Shown here: piece after piece, positions 9,223-19,477 of the stretch | Layout: each line of letters begins with the position of its first letter | Numbering within the stretch: the first letter of the stretch is position 1 | Notes under the pieces: model-generated | Seen by the model: only the letters and a program-made list of their open reading frames with translations | The model's database searches: none | Told to the model about the DNA's origin: nothing | Virus record (IMG/VR): IMGVR_UViG_3300042007_000202 | Location: 32,001-96,000 of that record | DNA from: a virus | Direction: 5' to 3' (one strand) | DNA length: 64,000 nt | Translations under genes and position numbers: made by a program

Positions 9223-12200
9223 TCACGCCACGCGCTCCAGGACGAGGTACGAGTTCGCGTACACGGTCGTGCCGGTGGCGTCGGCCGCGCCCTGAGCCCA
9301 CTGGAAGGCGTAAGTGCCGCCGCTGGCCCCGGTGACCACGAGGCCCTTGAGCATGGCGCCGTTGGGGGAGCCCATGTCGAACCAGCCGTAGGAGCGCGCC
9401 TGGTCCAGGGTGTTGGCCATGGTGCGGACGGTGGTGGCGTCGGAGGCGACAGAGGCGCCCGGCTGGAGGGTGGTCCACCAGCCGGTAGCGCCGGAGGGGA
9501 TGGCGAAGTCCATGGTGATGTCGCCGCCCGCCGACCCTCCCCACACGATCAGCCCGCGCATCTCGTAGACGGCGTTCGCGGCCAGGGTGACCAGCAGTTG
9601 GGTGTCGTTGGTCTGGACGGCGGTGTTGGTCCGGGTCAGGTTCGACGTCCGGCGCGCGAACAGCCGCTGCCCGATTCCGCTGGCCTGGAGGTTGTTGGCG
9701 AACAGAGTGCCGTTGACCGTGAGGTTCGTGTCGGTGACCAGGCTGCCCGGCTGGTCCCGGTAGAGCGTGGTGTCCAGGGCGCTGGACCCGCCCGCGCCCC
9801 AGTACATCTGGCCGTTGACGAGCTGGTAGAAGCGGGGTTGGGTGTCGCCGCTGATGCGGTGGTCGCGGGCGGCGTCGGTGGCGTTGGTGCGCAGGGTCTG
9901 GAGCAGAGCGCCGGTGGTGAGCTGGCCGGAGGCTGATCGCCACAGTCCGGCGTCTGTGGTGCTCGCGCCGCCCGGCCCCCACCACATGGCGCCGTCGGCG
10001 TTCACGAACCAGCGGCTGGCCGTGTCGCCGGTGACCCGGGCACTGAAGACGTTCCCGGCGGTGGTGGGCCGGTAGACGCGCAGGAGCGTGTTCTGCGCGG
10101 TGAGGATCCCGGCGGCCTCCCGCTCCAGGAAGGTGTCGCGGGCGACTGCCCCTGAGCCCCACTCCATCACGCCGCTGGCGCTCATCCGCCACCGGTCGAA
10201 GGTGTCCCCGGTGACCTGTACGCCCAGGGCGACGGCCGTTCCGCTGGCGCGCATGAGCTGGAGCAGCCCGGACAGCGTGGATGTGCCCAGGACGGCCAGG
10301 TTCTCGTCGAGCTGGAGCAGGTTCGCCGCCGCGCGGCGGACGTGGACGTCGGTGGCTGCGGCGCCGGACCCCCAGCCCACGGTGCCGTCCCCGTTGAGGG
10401 TGAGGCGCGGTTCGGTGTCCCCGGTGACCTGCACGCCCAGGGCGCGGGTGGCCGCCGTGGCGACGGTGGACTGGAGGGTGCCGGTGAGGGTTCCCCCGGT
10501 GAGGGCGAGGTACTTGGTGGCGGCGTCCGCGATAGCGGCGTCGCGGGCGGCGTCGGCCTTGGCCTGGGCCCCGGCCTGAGTCTCCAGGAGCGACGTGTCC
10601 GCGATGCCGTGCACCGCCGTGGTGTCGGCGGCGTGCGCGGCCAGCTCCGCGTCCGTCGCGTAGGCGTCCAGGGCTGCGCCGTCGAGAGTGCCGGTGACAG
10701 TGAGGTCCCCGTTGAAGGTGGCCTGGGCGGCGCCCGTGTCGAAGTCGAAGACCGCGTCGAACGGGTTGGTGCCCAGCATGGTCCGGCCCACCAGGTGAGT
10801 GCCGCCGGGCTCCCACCGCTGGAGCGTGGTCTGGGCGCCGGTGAAGTCGGGGTTCTCCCAGGCGGAGATGTACACCTCGGGGGCGACTTCGAAGTCCAGC
10901 GCGGAGCCGGTGGTGCGCAGCCGGTAGGCGCCCTCGTCGTCTGCGCGCTGCACGGTGAGGTTCGCCCCGTCCACCACGATGCCTCCGGTCACGGTGCCGC
11001 CCGTGACGCGGTTGAGGTACTTGGTGGCGGCGTCCGCGATGGCGGCGTCGCGGGCGGTGTCGGCCTTGGTCTGGGCCCCGGCCTGAGTCTCCAGGAGCGA
11101 CGTGTCCGCGATGCCGTGGACGGCGGTGGTGTCGGCGGCGTGCGCGGCCAGCTCCGCGTCCGTCGCGTAGGCGTCCAGGTCGGCCTGCGTCAGCAGCGCG
11201 GCCGTGTCGGTGATGCCGTGGACATCGGTGGTGGCGTTCGCGTGGGCGTCCAGGGCGGCCTGCGTAGCCAGCCCGGCCAGGTCCGCGTCCGTCACCAGGA
11301 CGCTCGTGTCAGCGATGCCGTGCACCGCCGTGGTGTCGGCGGCGTGGGTGTCCAGGTTGCCCTGCACAGCGGCTACGTCGGCGTCGGTGGCGAGCCCCGC
11401 CAGGTCGGCTTGGGTGGCGAGCTGGGCGGTGTCCGCGATGCCGTGGACGGCGGTGGTGTCGGCGGCGTGCGCGGCCAGCTCCGCGTCGGTCGCGTACTGC
11501 TCAAGGTCCGCGGAAGTCAGGAGCTGCGAGGTGTCCGCGATGCCGTGGACGCCGGTGGTGTCGGCCACGTGGTCAGCGAGCGTGCCAGCGACAGCGGCCA
11601 CGTCCGCATCCGTGGCGAGGACGGAGGTGTCGGGGATGCCGTGGACGGCGGTGGTGTCGGCCACGTGGGCGGCCAGGTCCGCCTGCACCTGCTGGAACTG
11701 CGCGTCGGTGGGGATGGTGGAGGTGTCGGGGATGCCGTGGACGTTGGTGGTGTCGGCGGCGTGCGCGGCCAGCGCGGCGGCCTGGGCCTGGTCCCCGGCG
11801 GTGATCTGCTCCCCGAGGTCGCTGCGCGCTTCGTTCACCTTGGCGGTGGCGTCCGCGCTGGCGGTGGCTTCGGCGGCGGCTTCGGCGGCGTCGGCCTTGG
11901 CCTGGGCCCCGGCCTGAGTCTCCAGGAGTGACGTGTCCGCGATGCCGTGGACGGCGGTGGTGTCGGCGGCGTGGACGGCCAGCGCGGCGGACACGGCGTC
12001 GGCCTTGGCCTGGGCTCCGGCCTGAGTCTCCAGGCTGGCGGTGTCGGGGATGCCGTGAACGGCGGTGGTGTCGGCGTTGTGGGCGGCGATCTTGGCGTCC
12101 ACCTGCTGTGGGGTGACGCCCTCTTCTCCGGTGCCGATGGGGACGCGGATGGACTCCTGGTCGATGCTGATCCAGTAGAACCCGGCCTCCACCCAGAAGT

Positions 12201-12375
12201 GGAGGCGCCCGTTGTTGTCGGTGTTGAGCGGGTTGGGCAGCTCGGTGGTGCCGGAGGCGTCGGCGTAGAGGGTGGCGAACTCGTTGCTGTGCTCCGGGAA
12301 GACGCGGGCCGGAATGTTCCGGGCCAGCTCCCCTGTGGGAAACCAGTACACGTCGTCGTACTCGGCCAGGGCCAC
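9223..12375 (-). CDS. Fibre-like virion protein with 10 HxxDTTxVHGIxDT repeats
   Basis: N-terminal PNPLNTDNNG head-binding-like motif, Ala-rich His repeats, GGT(L/V)TG fibre motifs, beta-rich C-terminus. Confidence 0.75.
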   Translation of the reverse strand: MALAEYDDVYWFPTGELARNIPARVFPEHSNEFATLYADASGTTELPNPLNTDNNGRLHFWVEAGFYWISIDQESIRVPIGTGEEGVTPQQVDAKIAAHNADTTAVHGIPDTASLETQAGAQAKADAVSAALAVHAADTTAVHGIADTSLLETQAGAQAKADAAEAAAEATASADATAKVNEARSDLGEQITAGDQAQAAALAAHAADTTNVHGIPDTSTIPTDAQFQQVQADLAAHVADTTAVHGIPDTSVLATDADVAAVAGTLADHVADTTGVHGIADTSQLLTSADLEQYATDAELAAHAADTTAVHGIADTAQLATQADLAGLATDADVAAVQGNLDTHAADTTAVHGIADTSVLVTDADLAGLATQAALDAHANATTDVHGITDTAALLTQADLDAYATDAELAAHAADTTAVHGIADTSLLETQAGAQTKADTARDAAIADAATKYLNRVTGGTVTGGIVVDGANLTVQRADDEGAYRLRTTGSALDFEVAPEVYISAWENPDFTGAQTTLQRWEPGGTHLVGRTMLGTNPFDAVFDFDTGAAQATFNGDLTVTGTLDGAALDAYATDAELAAHAADTTAVHGIADTSLLETQAGAQAKADAARDAAIADAATKYLALTGGTLTGTLQSTVATAATRALGVQVTGDTEPRLTLNGDGTVGWGSGAAATDVHVRRAAANLLQLDENLAVLGTSTLSGLLQLMRASGTAVALGVQVTGDTFDRWRMSASGVMEWGSGAVARDTFLEREAAGILTAQNTLLRVYRPTTAGNVFSARVTGDTASRWFVNADGAMWWGPGGASTTDAGLWRSASGQLTTGALLQTLRTNATDAARDHRISGDTQPRFYQLVNGQMYWGAGGSSALDTTLYRDQPGSLVTDTNLTVNGTLFANNLQASGIGQRLFARRTSNLTRTNTAVQTNDTQLLVTLAANAVYEMRGLIVWGGSAGGDITMDFAIPSGATGWWTTLQPGASVASDATTVRTMANTLDQARSYGWFDMGSPNGAMLKGLVVTGASGGTYAFQWAQGAADATGTTVYANSYLVLERVA
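10507..11179. repeat. ~165-bp near-identical direct repeat within the fibre gene (about 10507-10672 and 11014-11179)
   Basis: Both copies encode LDAYATDAELAAHAADTTAVHGIADTSLLETQAGAQxKADxARDAAIADAATKYL. Confidence 0.85.
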
Positions 12376-12452
12376 GGCACCTCCTGAACGTGCGGCCGGG
12401 CGGGCGGCCCGTGGGCCACCCGCCCGGAGGGGTGATCTGCGCGGATAAGGGG

Positions 12453-13022
12453 TCAGGCGGCTGCGGTGGAGATGGTGACGTCCGGCGAGGTGAACGCGGA
12501 GCTGTAGGTGCCGTGGAGCGCCTGGACCTTGAAGTCGTAGTCGGTGTCGGCCGTCAGGCCGGTGGCGGTGGCGGTGGTGGTACCGGCGGGGACCGCGATG
12601 TAGGTCCAGGCGCCGGTGGAGCCGTCCGCCCGGTACGCCACGCGGTACCCGGTGGGGGCGGTGCCGTCGGGAGCGGTCCAGTCCACGGTGATGGCGGTGG
12701 TGGTGGGGACGCCGTCCACGGCCAGGCCGCTCGGCGCCTCGATCAGCTCGCAGTTGTTCGGGTTCACGCCGCTCACCTCGGCGTCGGTGGGCTGCACGAA
12801 GGTCGTGGCCCCCTCGTCGGGGCAGGTGATGACGGTCCCGCCGGGGGTGAGCGTGAGGGCCGGGGCCCCGTCACACACTCCGGCGGGGATCTCGAAGTAC
12901 GGCAGGTTGCCGTCGGTGCGGTAGAGGATCTGCTGCGCGGACTCCGCGCCGCCCCAGCAGACGAGCTGCTGGGCGATCTGCTGCATGGTCTCCTGAGTGG
13001 CGATGACCTTGACGCCAGCCAT
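12453..13022 (-). CDS. Fibronectin type III domain virion protein
   Basis: APSGL...ITVDWTAP...GYRVAYR...TGLTADTDYDFKVQA. Confidence 0.85.
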   Translation of the reverse strand: MAGVKVIATQETMQQIAQQLVCWGGAESAQQILYRTDGNLPYFEIPAGVCDGAPALTLTPGGTVITCPDEGATTFVQPTDAEVSGVNPNNCELIEAPSGLAVDGVPTTTAITVDWTAPDGTAPTGYRVAYRADGSTGAWTYIAVPAGTTTATATGLTADTDYDFKVQALHGTYSSAFTSPDVTISTAAA

Positions 13023-13133
13023 GGCTGCCTCCTGTTGGTGGGGCCCGGCGCCGCCAACGTGGGATCTGGCGGCGCCGGGGGTCTGCGGGTCGGCCGCCCG
13101 CCCGGCCGGGCGGCCGGGCGGAGGCTGGTGGGC

Positions 13134-14597
13134 TTACGGGAAGGGGACGGTGAAGTTGACCGACGTGGACGCCGCCGGGTTCGCCTTGCTGGTCACGGTC
13201 ACGGTCTTCGCGCCGTTCGCGGCGTACAGGTGACTCACGCTGCCCGCCTCGGTCTGGTCCACCACAGTCCCGTCGCCCCAGTTGATGCTGACGGGGCCGT
13301 TGGGCGCGTTGTCCCAGGTGAGGTCGGCGGTCATGCCGGTGGCGTCGGTGGCGTCCTCCACCACGCTGGCGGTCGGGTCGTCCTGGACGGGAACGCTGAC
13401 GGCCTCGCGGGCGCGGTAGGTCTCCACGTCCGCCCGGCGCACGGTCACCGTGTAGACACCGGCCGCCTTGTAGGTGTGGTTGACGTCGACGGTGCCGTCC
13501 CCGCCGACGGTGACTTCCTCGGGCTCGGTGCCGTCGCCCCAGTCCACCGTCGCCACGCCGCTGGCCTGTTCCGGCAGCGTCACCGTGGCGGTGACGGTGA
13601 AGCGGTCGTCGGGGTCGTCGGCGGTGAGCGTGAGCTGCGGGTCGTCGGCGGGGAGCGGGACGGTGATGTCCTTCTCCACCGTGACCGCCGGGGTCTGCTG
13701 GTCGCGGACGGTGATGGTGTACTCGCCGTCGGCGGCGTACGTGTGGGTCACGTAGGCGCCGTCGCTGGCGGTGGTCTCGGCGGTGGCGTCGCCCCAGTTG
13801 ATGACCACGGAGCCGAAGCCGTGGTTGTCCGCGCGCAGGCGGACCGTGCGGCGCGGCGACTCCCCGGCCACGCCCGTGATGGTCAGCTCGGCCACCTCCG
13901 GCGTCGGGCGGTCCACCGGCTGGGCGCCGCACTCCGGCTCCGGCGGCCGGATCGTGGTCTCGAACAGCCGGTAGTGGGTGTCCTCGCCGATGGGCTGGAG
14001 CAGCGGGCCGGGCGCGCCGTTGGCCTGGGTCTGCACCGGGTAGGGGCCGCGCCGCCAGCGGGAGCCGGTCTTGGTGCGGCCGTTGAAGGTGAAGCTGATG
14101 GCGTCGTTGCCGATCTCGATGTCGCCGGGCGCGCCGCCCTTGACCCACGGCAGCAGGATGTAGCCCCAGGAGCCCTGGGCGGCCTCTCCGGAGCACGCGT
14201 CGGAGGTGCCGTAGGTGTCCATCCAGATCTCCAGCGCGAAGCCGTCGCCGGAGAGGGAGCCGTTGGCGTTGTAGCCGATCACGTTGCCTTCGGCGTCCAG
14301 CACCTTGTCCCACGACTGGTTCATGATCTGGACCATGTCGGGGTCGACCTGGCAGAACTCGATCTCCGTGGAGTACCACTGGAGGCTGTCTTCGCCGGGT
14401 TCGTTGATGCAGGTCTGGCCGTTGGCCTTGGTGACGGTGATGGCGTCACCCTCCTGCACTTCGGCCGACAGGGTCGCCGTGACGAACCCGTCGCTGACGA
14501 CCTGGTTCCCGTCCCCGTAGACGGGTCGGCCGCAGGCGTCCAGCCGCGTCACGCGCATGGCGGTGCCGCGCAGGAAGCTCGGGCAGCTCGTAGCCAT
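13134..14597 (-). CDS. Major tail (tube)-like protein with three C-terminal PKD/Ig-like domains
   Basis: MRVTRLDACG...EIEFCQVDP...FALEIW...GYILLPW (cluster-B-type tube protein); three (I/V)xWGD...H(T/L)Y repeats. Confidence 0.8.
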   Translation of the reverse strand: MATSCPSFLRGTAMRVTRLDACGRPVYGDGNQVVSDGFVTATLSAEVQEGDAITVTKANGQTCINEPGEDSLQWYSTEIEFCQVDPDMVQIMNQSWDKVLDAEGNVIGYNANGSLSGDGFALEIWMDTYGTSDACSGEAAQGSWGYILLPWVKGGAPGDIEIGNDAISFTFNGRTKTGSRWRRGPYPVQTQANGAPGPLLQPIGEDTHYRLFETTIRPPEPECGAQPVDRPTPEVAELTITGVAGESPRRTVRLRADNHGFGSVVINWGDATAETTASDGAYVTHTYAADGEYTITVRDQQTPAVTVEKDITVPLPADDPQLTLTADDPDDRFTVTATVTLPEQASGVATVDWGDGTEPEEVTVGGDGTVDVNHTYKAAGVYTVTVRRADVETYRAREAVSVPVQDDPTASVVEDATDATGMTADLTWDNAPNGPVSINWGDGTVVDQTEAGSVSHLYAANGAKTVTVTSKANPAASTSVNFTVPFP

Positions 14598-15010
14598 TAC
14601 TGGTCATCCCCTTCCTTCGTCTGCGCAGATCGCGCGCTGGTGGCCTTCTTCGCGGCCGTCTTCTTGGCCGCTGCCTTGCGGGCGGCCGTCTTCTTGGCGG
14701 CCGGGCGGTGGGCCTTGGGCGCGTCGGGGCCGGGGCCCTCCTCTTCCGGCCCCGACGCGGGCTCGGCAGGCGCCGCCGCGCGCGGCGCGCTGGGCGCGGG
14801 CGCGGGGGGGCTGGGGTCTTCGGGCGGCGGGGCCAGTCCCGCCTGCTCGTAGACGCGGCCGACGGACTCCTCGGGGACGCGCAGCGCCTGGCTGCCCGCG
14901 CCGGACACCGTGGTCACGTACTCGGCCCCGACCACGGCCAGAGCGGCGCGGGCCAGCCGCTCCATGGACACGTCCGCTGTGGGGTAGACCAGCGCGTAGT
15001 TCGTGGTCAT
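14597..15010 (-). CDS. Hypothetical virion-associated protein with Lys/Ala-rich tail
   Basis: Coupled to both neighbours; AAKKTAARKAAAKKTAAKK low-complexity segment. Confidence 0.7.
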   Translation of the reverse strand: MTTNYALVYPTADVSMERLARAALAVVGAEYVTTVSGAGSQALRVPEESVGRVYEQAGLAPPPEDPSPPAPAPSAPRAAAPAEPASGPEEEGPGPDAPKAHRPAAKKTAARKAAAKKTAAKKATSARSAQTKEGDDQ

Positions 15011-15849
15011 CAGCCCTCGCCTCCCACGGTCACCAGCACCGCCGCCCGGTAGCAGTCCGCGTCCAGCGCGTACGTCCGCTCGGCCAGCGCCATCCGTGTG
15101 TTGTCGGAAGTCGTGAAGGTCTCGTTCGCGAAGGCGGCGCCGCGCCAGCCGCGAACCGACCCCGTGGCCACCAGCCAGAAGGTGTCTGCGGCGGGCGGGG
15201 TGACGGGGTCGAAGGGGTTGTCGGGGTAGCCGCCGCCGAACGCGACCCGCGAGCCCAGGCGGGTGCGGAGGACTTCGCCGGTGTCGGCGGCGGGCTGAAG
15301 GAGGTTGAGGCTGTCCCAGTAGGTCTGGGTCCAGCGGGGGGCGTGGAAGGTGGGCGCGCCGCCGTAGTTGAGGGCGGCGTCCTTCTCCAGCACCCCCACG
15401 GCCCGCTTGATGCCGACGGCCGCTGCGGCTTCTCCGAGGGGGTAGCGGGGGTCTTCCAGGCCGAGCACGAGGGCGGCGAACGCCTTCTCCGCCTCACGCT
15501 CCTCGATCAGCCCCAGCCGCTCCAAGGCCATGCCGCGCGGGTCTTCGAACCCGACGGCGTTGCATTCGGCGCGGTTGTAGACGGTGAAGGGGCCGGAGCC
15601 TTCGGCCAGTTCGGGCCCGCTGAACACGGTCTTGTCGTGGGTGGTGCCGGGCCCGGGGTCAAGGGGCGCGGGGCACATGCCCAGGACGTAGCCGCCCTGG
15701 GCGCAGTGGTTGGTGAAGTACTCAACTCCGGCGCGCTGCCACGGGCCCTCGCCGTCGGTGATGCTCGCGACGGAGAACAGGCCGTAGCGGTACGGCTCCA
15801 GGAGGGGAGCGGAGTCCACCCAGGTCTTGCCGGGGGTGGGTGTGGACAC
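15010..15849 (-). CDS. Second capsid protein (pentamer/minor capsid type)
   Basis: Directly after the MCP; YGLFSVA, RLGSRVAFGGGYP, N..MALAERTY resemble the cluster-B-like capsid pentamer protein. Confidence 0.65.
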   Translation of the reverse strand: MSTPTPGKTWVDSAPLLEPYRYGLFSVASITDGEGPWQRAGVEYFTNHCAQGGYVLGMCPAPLDPGPGTTHDKTVFSGPELAEGSGPFTVYNRAECNAVGFEDPRGMALERLGLIEEREAEKAFAALVLGLEDPRYPLGEAAAAVGIKRAVGVLEKDAALNYGGAPTFHAPRWTQTYWDSLNLLQPAADTGEVLRTRLGSRVAFGGGYPDNPFDPVTPPAADTFWLVATGSVRGWRGAAFANETFTTSDNTRMALAERTYALDADCYRAAVLVTVGGEG

Positions 15850-15976
15850 GGGGTCTCCGTTGCGTCAGAGGGCCTGGGAGCGTGGCGGCCGGGGCTCCGG
15901 GCATGACTCCGATTCCCCCGGAGCCCCGGCCGCGTTCAGACGGGCGCCCGGCCGGGCGGGCGGGCGGCCGGGCTCA

Positions 15977-17824
15977 TCAGGAGCAGGTGGTGAGCTGGTG
16001 GCTTCCGGAGAGGCCGTTGGCGCAGAGCGGCACCGTGACGACGTAGGACTGGAGGCAGCGGGAGCAGACCTGCCAGCCTTCCTCGGTGAACAGGGCGGTG
16101 TAAACGTTCTGGATCAGCGAGGCGTGGTCGTAGACGCCGTCCAGGTTGATGACGTCGGCCTGGAGCTGGAAGAAGGTGCCCGCCGGGTAGAGCAGGAACT
16201 TGACCTGCTCGGGCCAGGCGGTGGGGATGTCGCCGCCGAAGTCGGTTGCGACGCCCGAGGAGAGGGCGTCCTGCCAGTCGTAGACGTACTGCGGGGAGAC
16301 GCCGACCGCGCGGAGGTAGCCGTCGATCATGGCGTCGGAGACGTTCCAGCGGTTGTCGATGCCGAGCTTCTTGCGCAGGTCGGACTTGAGGATGCCGCGC
16401 ATCCAGTACGGCGCCACCATCTCCAGCGTGGCGTTCTGCGACAGGCGCCAGTGGTAGCGCTGGTACTGGACCTGGAGCTCCAGGATGGACAGCAGGCTCT
16501 CGACCGCGCCGGGGCCGTGGCCGTCAGCGATGGGCGCTGCCGGGTTGGGGTCAGCGACGGCCGGGAAGGTGACGGCCGTGCTCATGGCCTCCATCTTGGC
16601 CAGCTTGCGGGCGTTCATCTTGTGGGCGTGGATGAGCAGCGAGCCCTGGATGAACTGCTCCACGCGCTCGGGCCAGCCGCGCTCCATCAGGATCGGCGTC
16701 CTGATGCACATGCCGCTCACGTCCATGCGGCACTCTTCGAACTCCGGCGGGCAGGGGACCTCGACGCAGGTCTTCTCGACTCCGGCGATGGCCTGGGTCT
16801 CGGTGAGGTAGAAGCCGGTGGAGCCCCAGATGGCGGACCAGTCGAAGTCGGCCGGGTAGCGGATGCCTCCCCGGCGGGCGGTGACGGAGGGCAGGTCGAT
16901 CATGCCCTCTTCGGTCATGCGGATGGGGCAGAGGTCGTAGAGCTGCTCGCTGGGGGCGCACCATCCGGCCGCCGCGACCAGGCTTCCGCCGGGCAGGCGG
17001 GACTCGTCGGTGGCGCGGGCGATGACCTCTTCGGCCTGGCTGTCGTCCTGGATGACGAACTCGCTGGAGACCTCGCGCTTGATGCGGGCGAGCCCGACGC
17101 GGGTGCGTTCGCCGTCGCGGCCGGAGTTGACGTTCCCCGTGATCATGGGGCCCATCCGGTTCTCCCACGCGCGGGCCACGTCGCCCAGGCCGTTCTCCAT
17201 GGTCTGGCCGGTGGAGAACTCGGGGACGTCGGCGGCGGCGATGAGGTTGTACCGGGCGAAGGGCTGGGGGCCGTCGCTCTCCTGCTGGGCGGGGACGGCG
17301 CCACGGCGGGTGCCGAGCGGGACGCGGGCGGTGTTCTTCACGTTGGCTGCCACCAGTTCTCGTGCCTGGGCTCCGGCTCCCTCCTCGGTGTCGTCGTCCG
17401 GGGTCTGCCCCGGCGGCTGGTCCTCGGGGGTGTCCTCGGCGTTGTCGTCTTCGGGGGTCGGCTCCGGGTCGGGGGCCGGTTCGCCGTCGCCTTCGCCGCC
17501 GTCGGTGGCCTCGGCTTCCGGCTGCTGGAGTCCGCGCAGGCGTTCTCCGATCTCGGCTGCGCGGGCGGAGCGCTCGTCCTGCTGGGCGGTGACCACTCCG
17601 ATGCCGTCGGCGATGCGGGCCAGCGTCTCCAGCTTCTGGAGGGTGTCTTCGCTGGCGGGTCCGGCGTCCTCGGGGGACAGCTCGTCGTAGAGCGCCAGGA
17701 CGGCCTGGCTCAGCTCCTGCGGGGTGACCTCGGGGTGCTCGGTGAGGTGCTGCTGGATGACTGCGGGCTGGTCCTCTGCGGGGACGTCTGCGAGCCGGTT
17801 GAGAAGATCGTTGATGAAGCTCAC
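15977..17824 (-). CDS. Major capsid protein (hexamer type) with N-terminal acidic scaffold-like region
   Basis: SLVAAAGWCAPSEQLYD, RRGGIRYP, QYVYDWQ, LYPAGTF, YTALFTEEG; GTG start at 17824 assumed. Confidence 0.85.
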   Translation of the reverse strand: MSFINDLLNRLADVPAEDQPAVIQQHLTEHPEVTPQELSQAVLALYDELSPEDAGPASEDTLQKLETLARIADGIGVVTAQQDERSARAAEIGERLRGLQQPEAEATDGGEGDGEPAPDPEPTPEDDNAEDTPEDQPPGQTPDDDTEEGAGAQARELVAANVKNTARVPLGTRRGAVPAQQESDGPQPFARYNLIAAADVPEFSTGQTMENGLGDVARAWENRMGPMITGNVNSGRDGERTRVGLARIKREVSSEFVIQDDSQAEEVIARATDESRLPGGSLVAAAGWCAPSEQLYDLCPIRMTEEGMIDLPSVTARRGGIRYPADFDWSAIWGSTGFYLTETQAIAGVEKTCVEVPCPPEFEECRMDVSGMCIRTPILMERGWPERVEQFIQGSLLIHAHKMNARKLAKMEAMSTAVTFPAVADPNPAAPIADGHGPGAVESLLSILELQVQYQRYHWRLSQNATLEMVAPYWMRGILKSDLRKKLGIDNRWNVSDAMIDGYLRAVGVSPQYVYDWQDALSSGVATDFGGDIPTAWPEQVKFLLYPAGTFFQLQADVINLDGVYDHASLIQNVYTALFTEEGWQVCSRCLQSYVVTVPLCANGLSGSHQLTTCS

Positions 17825-17960
17825 GGCGTGGGCACACCCTTTCGGGTATCTCGTTCCGTGCCCTCGGCCCATCAACCAGCAGAGCGTCCTACGTAGCGTA
17901 GCCGACTGCTCACGCTTCGTGCCCGAGCGGGCGTCCATCCGCGCAGATCAGGTGTCAGAT

Positions 17961-18009
17961 GTGACACGAGATTTGCATGCGCGGTCGCACGGTGATAACT
18001 TGATGTCTC
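17961..18009 (+). promoter_or_regulatory. Promoter cassette driving the plus-strand operon
   Basis: GTGACACGAGAT-TTGCAT-17 nt-TAACTT-GATGTCTC. Confidence 0.7.
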
Positions 18010-18056
18010 GCAAGGGGGCTGCGGCCCCCACCACCACCGACCCGGAGGAGCCAGCC

Positions 18057-18479
18057 ATGGCCAGCCCGATCGCCTCATGGAACGTCACCTACACCGACGC
18101 CGAAGGCAAGCGCCACCGCATCACCGGCCTGCCCGACTGGGACACCGCCCGGGAGGAGGCCGCCCGGCTGCGCGCCACCGGCGCCCGATGGGTCAAGACC
18201 CACCCCCACTTCGCCACCCTCCAGGACACCATCGCCTACGCCAGCCGGAACCTGATCCCCAAGGCCGAGGCGGAGCCGCTGTTCATCACCGAACTGGACG
18301 GCCCCACCTTCGCGTCGGCGGAGGAGCTGGACGACTACCGCTGGCGCAACGCCTCCGACGACCGCTCCGACTACGACGCGGAGATGGCGTACGAGCGCCA
18401 CCTGGAGACCAACGACCAGTACCGGTGGGAGCACGAGCAGGACGAACTCCGCGCCGCCGCCTTCGGCTACGGCTTCTGA
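18057..18479 (+). CDS. Hypothetical protein
   Basis: GGAGGAG RBS; MASPIASWNVTY... Confidence 0.75.
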   Translation: MASPIASWNVTYTDAEGKRHRITGLPDWDTAREEAARLRATGARWVKTHPHFATLQDTIAYASRNLIPKAEAEPLFITELDGPTFASAEELDDYRWRNASDDRSDYDAEMAYERHLETNDQYRWEHEQDELRAAAFGYGF

Positions 18480-18540
18480 CCCACCCCCGGGGGCGGCCAC
18501 CCGGCCGCCCCTCCCCGTCCGCGCAGATAGAGAGGCCGCC

Positions 18541-18951
18541 ATGCCCCAGCGGCGCACCCCCGCGCCCCCGTCCACCCGCCCGCTCCGCACCGACGACGAA
18601 CTCCACATCCTGGCCCTGGGTGCTCTGGCCGAACGCCACGGCGCCGGGCCCGACGAGGCCCTGGCCCAGCAGTACGCCACCGAGTACGACGAGATCATGC
18701 GCGCCTTCCGGGGCGCCCGCCGCCAGCGCATGGCGCACCTGTACCCGAACGTCGCCGCGCAGCACCTGGACGGCCAGGTGCTCACCGTGCTCAAAGACGA
18801 CCTGGACGGCGAGAGCACGGCGGACCTGGTCATCACGCTGGTCCATCACCTGGAGATGCTGACCAAGAGCACCACCTACGACGACGGACACGCCTTCAAG
18901 GTGGCCGCTCTCTGGCGCGAGCTGGCCTTCCGGGGCATCACCCTCACCTGA
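18541..18951 (+). CDS. Hypothetical protein
   Basis: GAGAGG RBS; GC-biased third codon positions. Confidence 0.75.
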   Translation: MPQRRTPAPPSTRPLRTDDELHILALGALAERHGAGPDEALAQQYATEYDEIMRAFRGARRQRMAHLYPNVAAQHLDGQVLTVLKDDLDGESTADLVITLVHHLEMLTKSTTYDDGHAFKVAALWRELAFRGITLT

Positions 18952-18976
18952 TCCACGCAGATAGGACACACACCGC

Positions 18977-19477
18977 ATGAGTAACGCAACCTTCCGGCTC
19001 GTCTCCGAGCTGCCCGAGGTGGACAACCCCCTCATCAGCAAGCCGGACCACATCGTCAACCCGTTCGCCGGGCAGGCGCGCAACCCCGGCCACCGCTTCA
19101 CGCTCCTGCGGGGCGAGGCGCGCTGGGCGTGGGCGCACGTGCTGCGCGCCGTGGGCGGCTGGACCGTGATCTCCGCTGGCGTCCTGTCCACGTCGGTTTT
19201 CCCGACCGCCGACGAGGCCGGGGAGTACCTGGTCCGCCAGTTCCTGGGCGCCAACGGCGACGGCTACGACCACCTCTCCCACGAGGCGTACGCCCAGCGG
19301 GGGCGCATCGCCCACATCCGGGACGAGGCCGAGCCCCACACCACGTACTGCGGGGAGGCCGCTACCACCCCGGCGGTGTTCGACCTGGGCGAGCCCAACC
19401 ACGTGGAGCAGCACTGCATCAAGTGCGACCGGTCCTACCGCGCCACGCACTACGGCCGGATGGCGGTGACCCACTGA
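18977..19477 (+). CDS. Hypothetical protein with C-terminal H/C Zn-binding motif
   Basis: AHI...TYCG...HCIKC. Confidence 0.7.
   Translation: MSNATFRLVSELPEVDNPLISKPDHIVNPFAGQARNPGHRFTLLRGEARWAWAHVLRAVGGWTVISAGVLSTSVFPTADEAGEYLVRQFLGANGDGYDHLSHEAYAQRGRIAHIRDEAEPHTTYCGEAATTPAVFDLGEPNHVEQHCIKCDRSYRATHYGRMAVTH

Noticed and set aside
10507-12085. Regular repeats resembling a CRISPR array
   Set aside because: In-frame coding repeats of the fibre protein with synonymous variation; no cas genes
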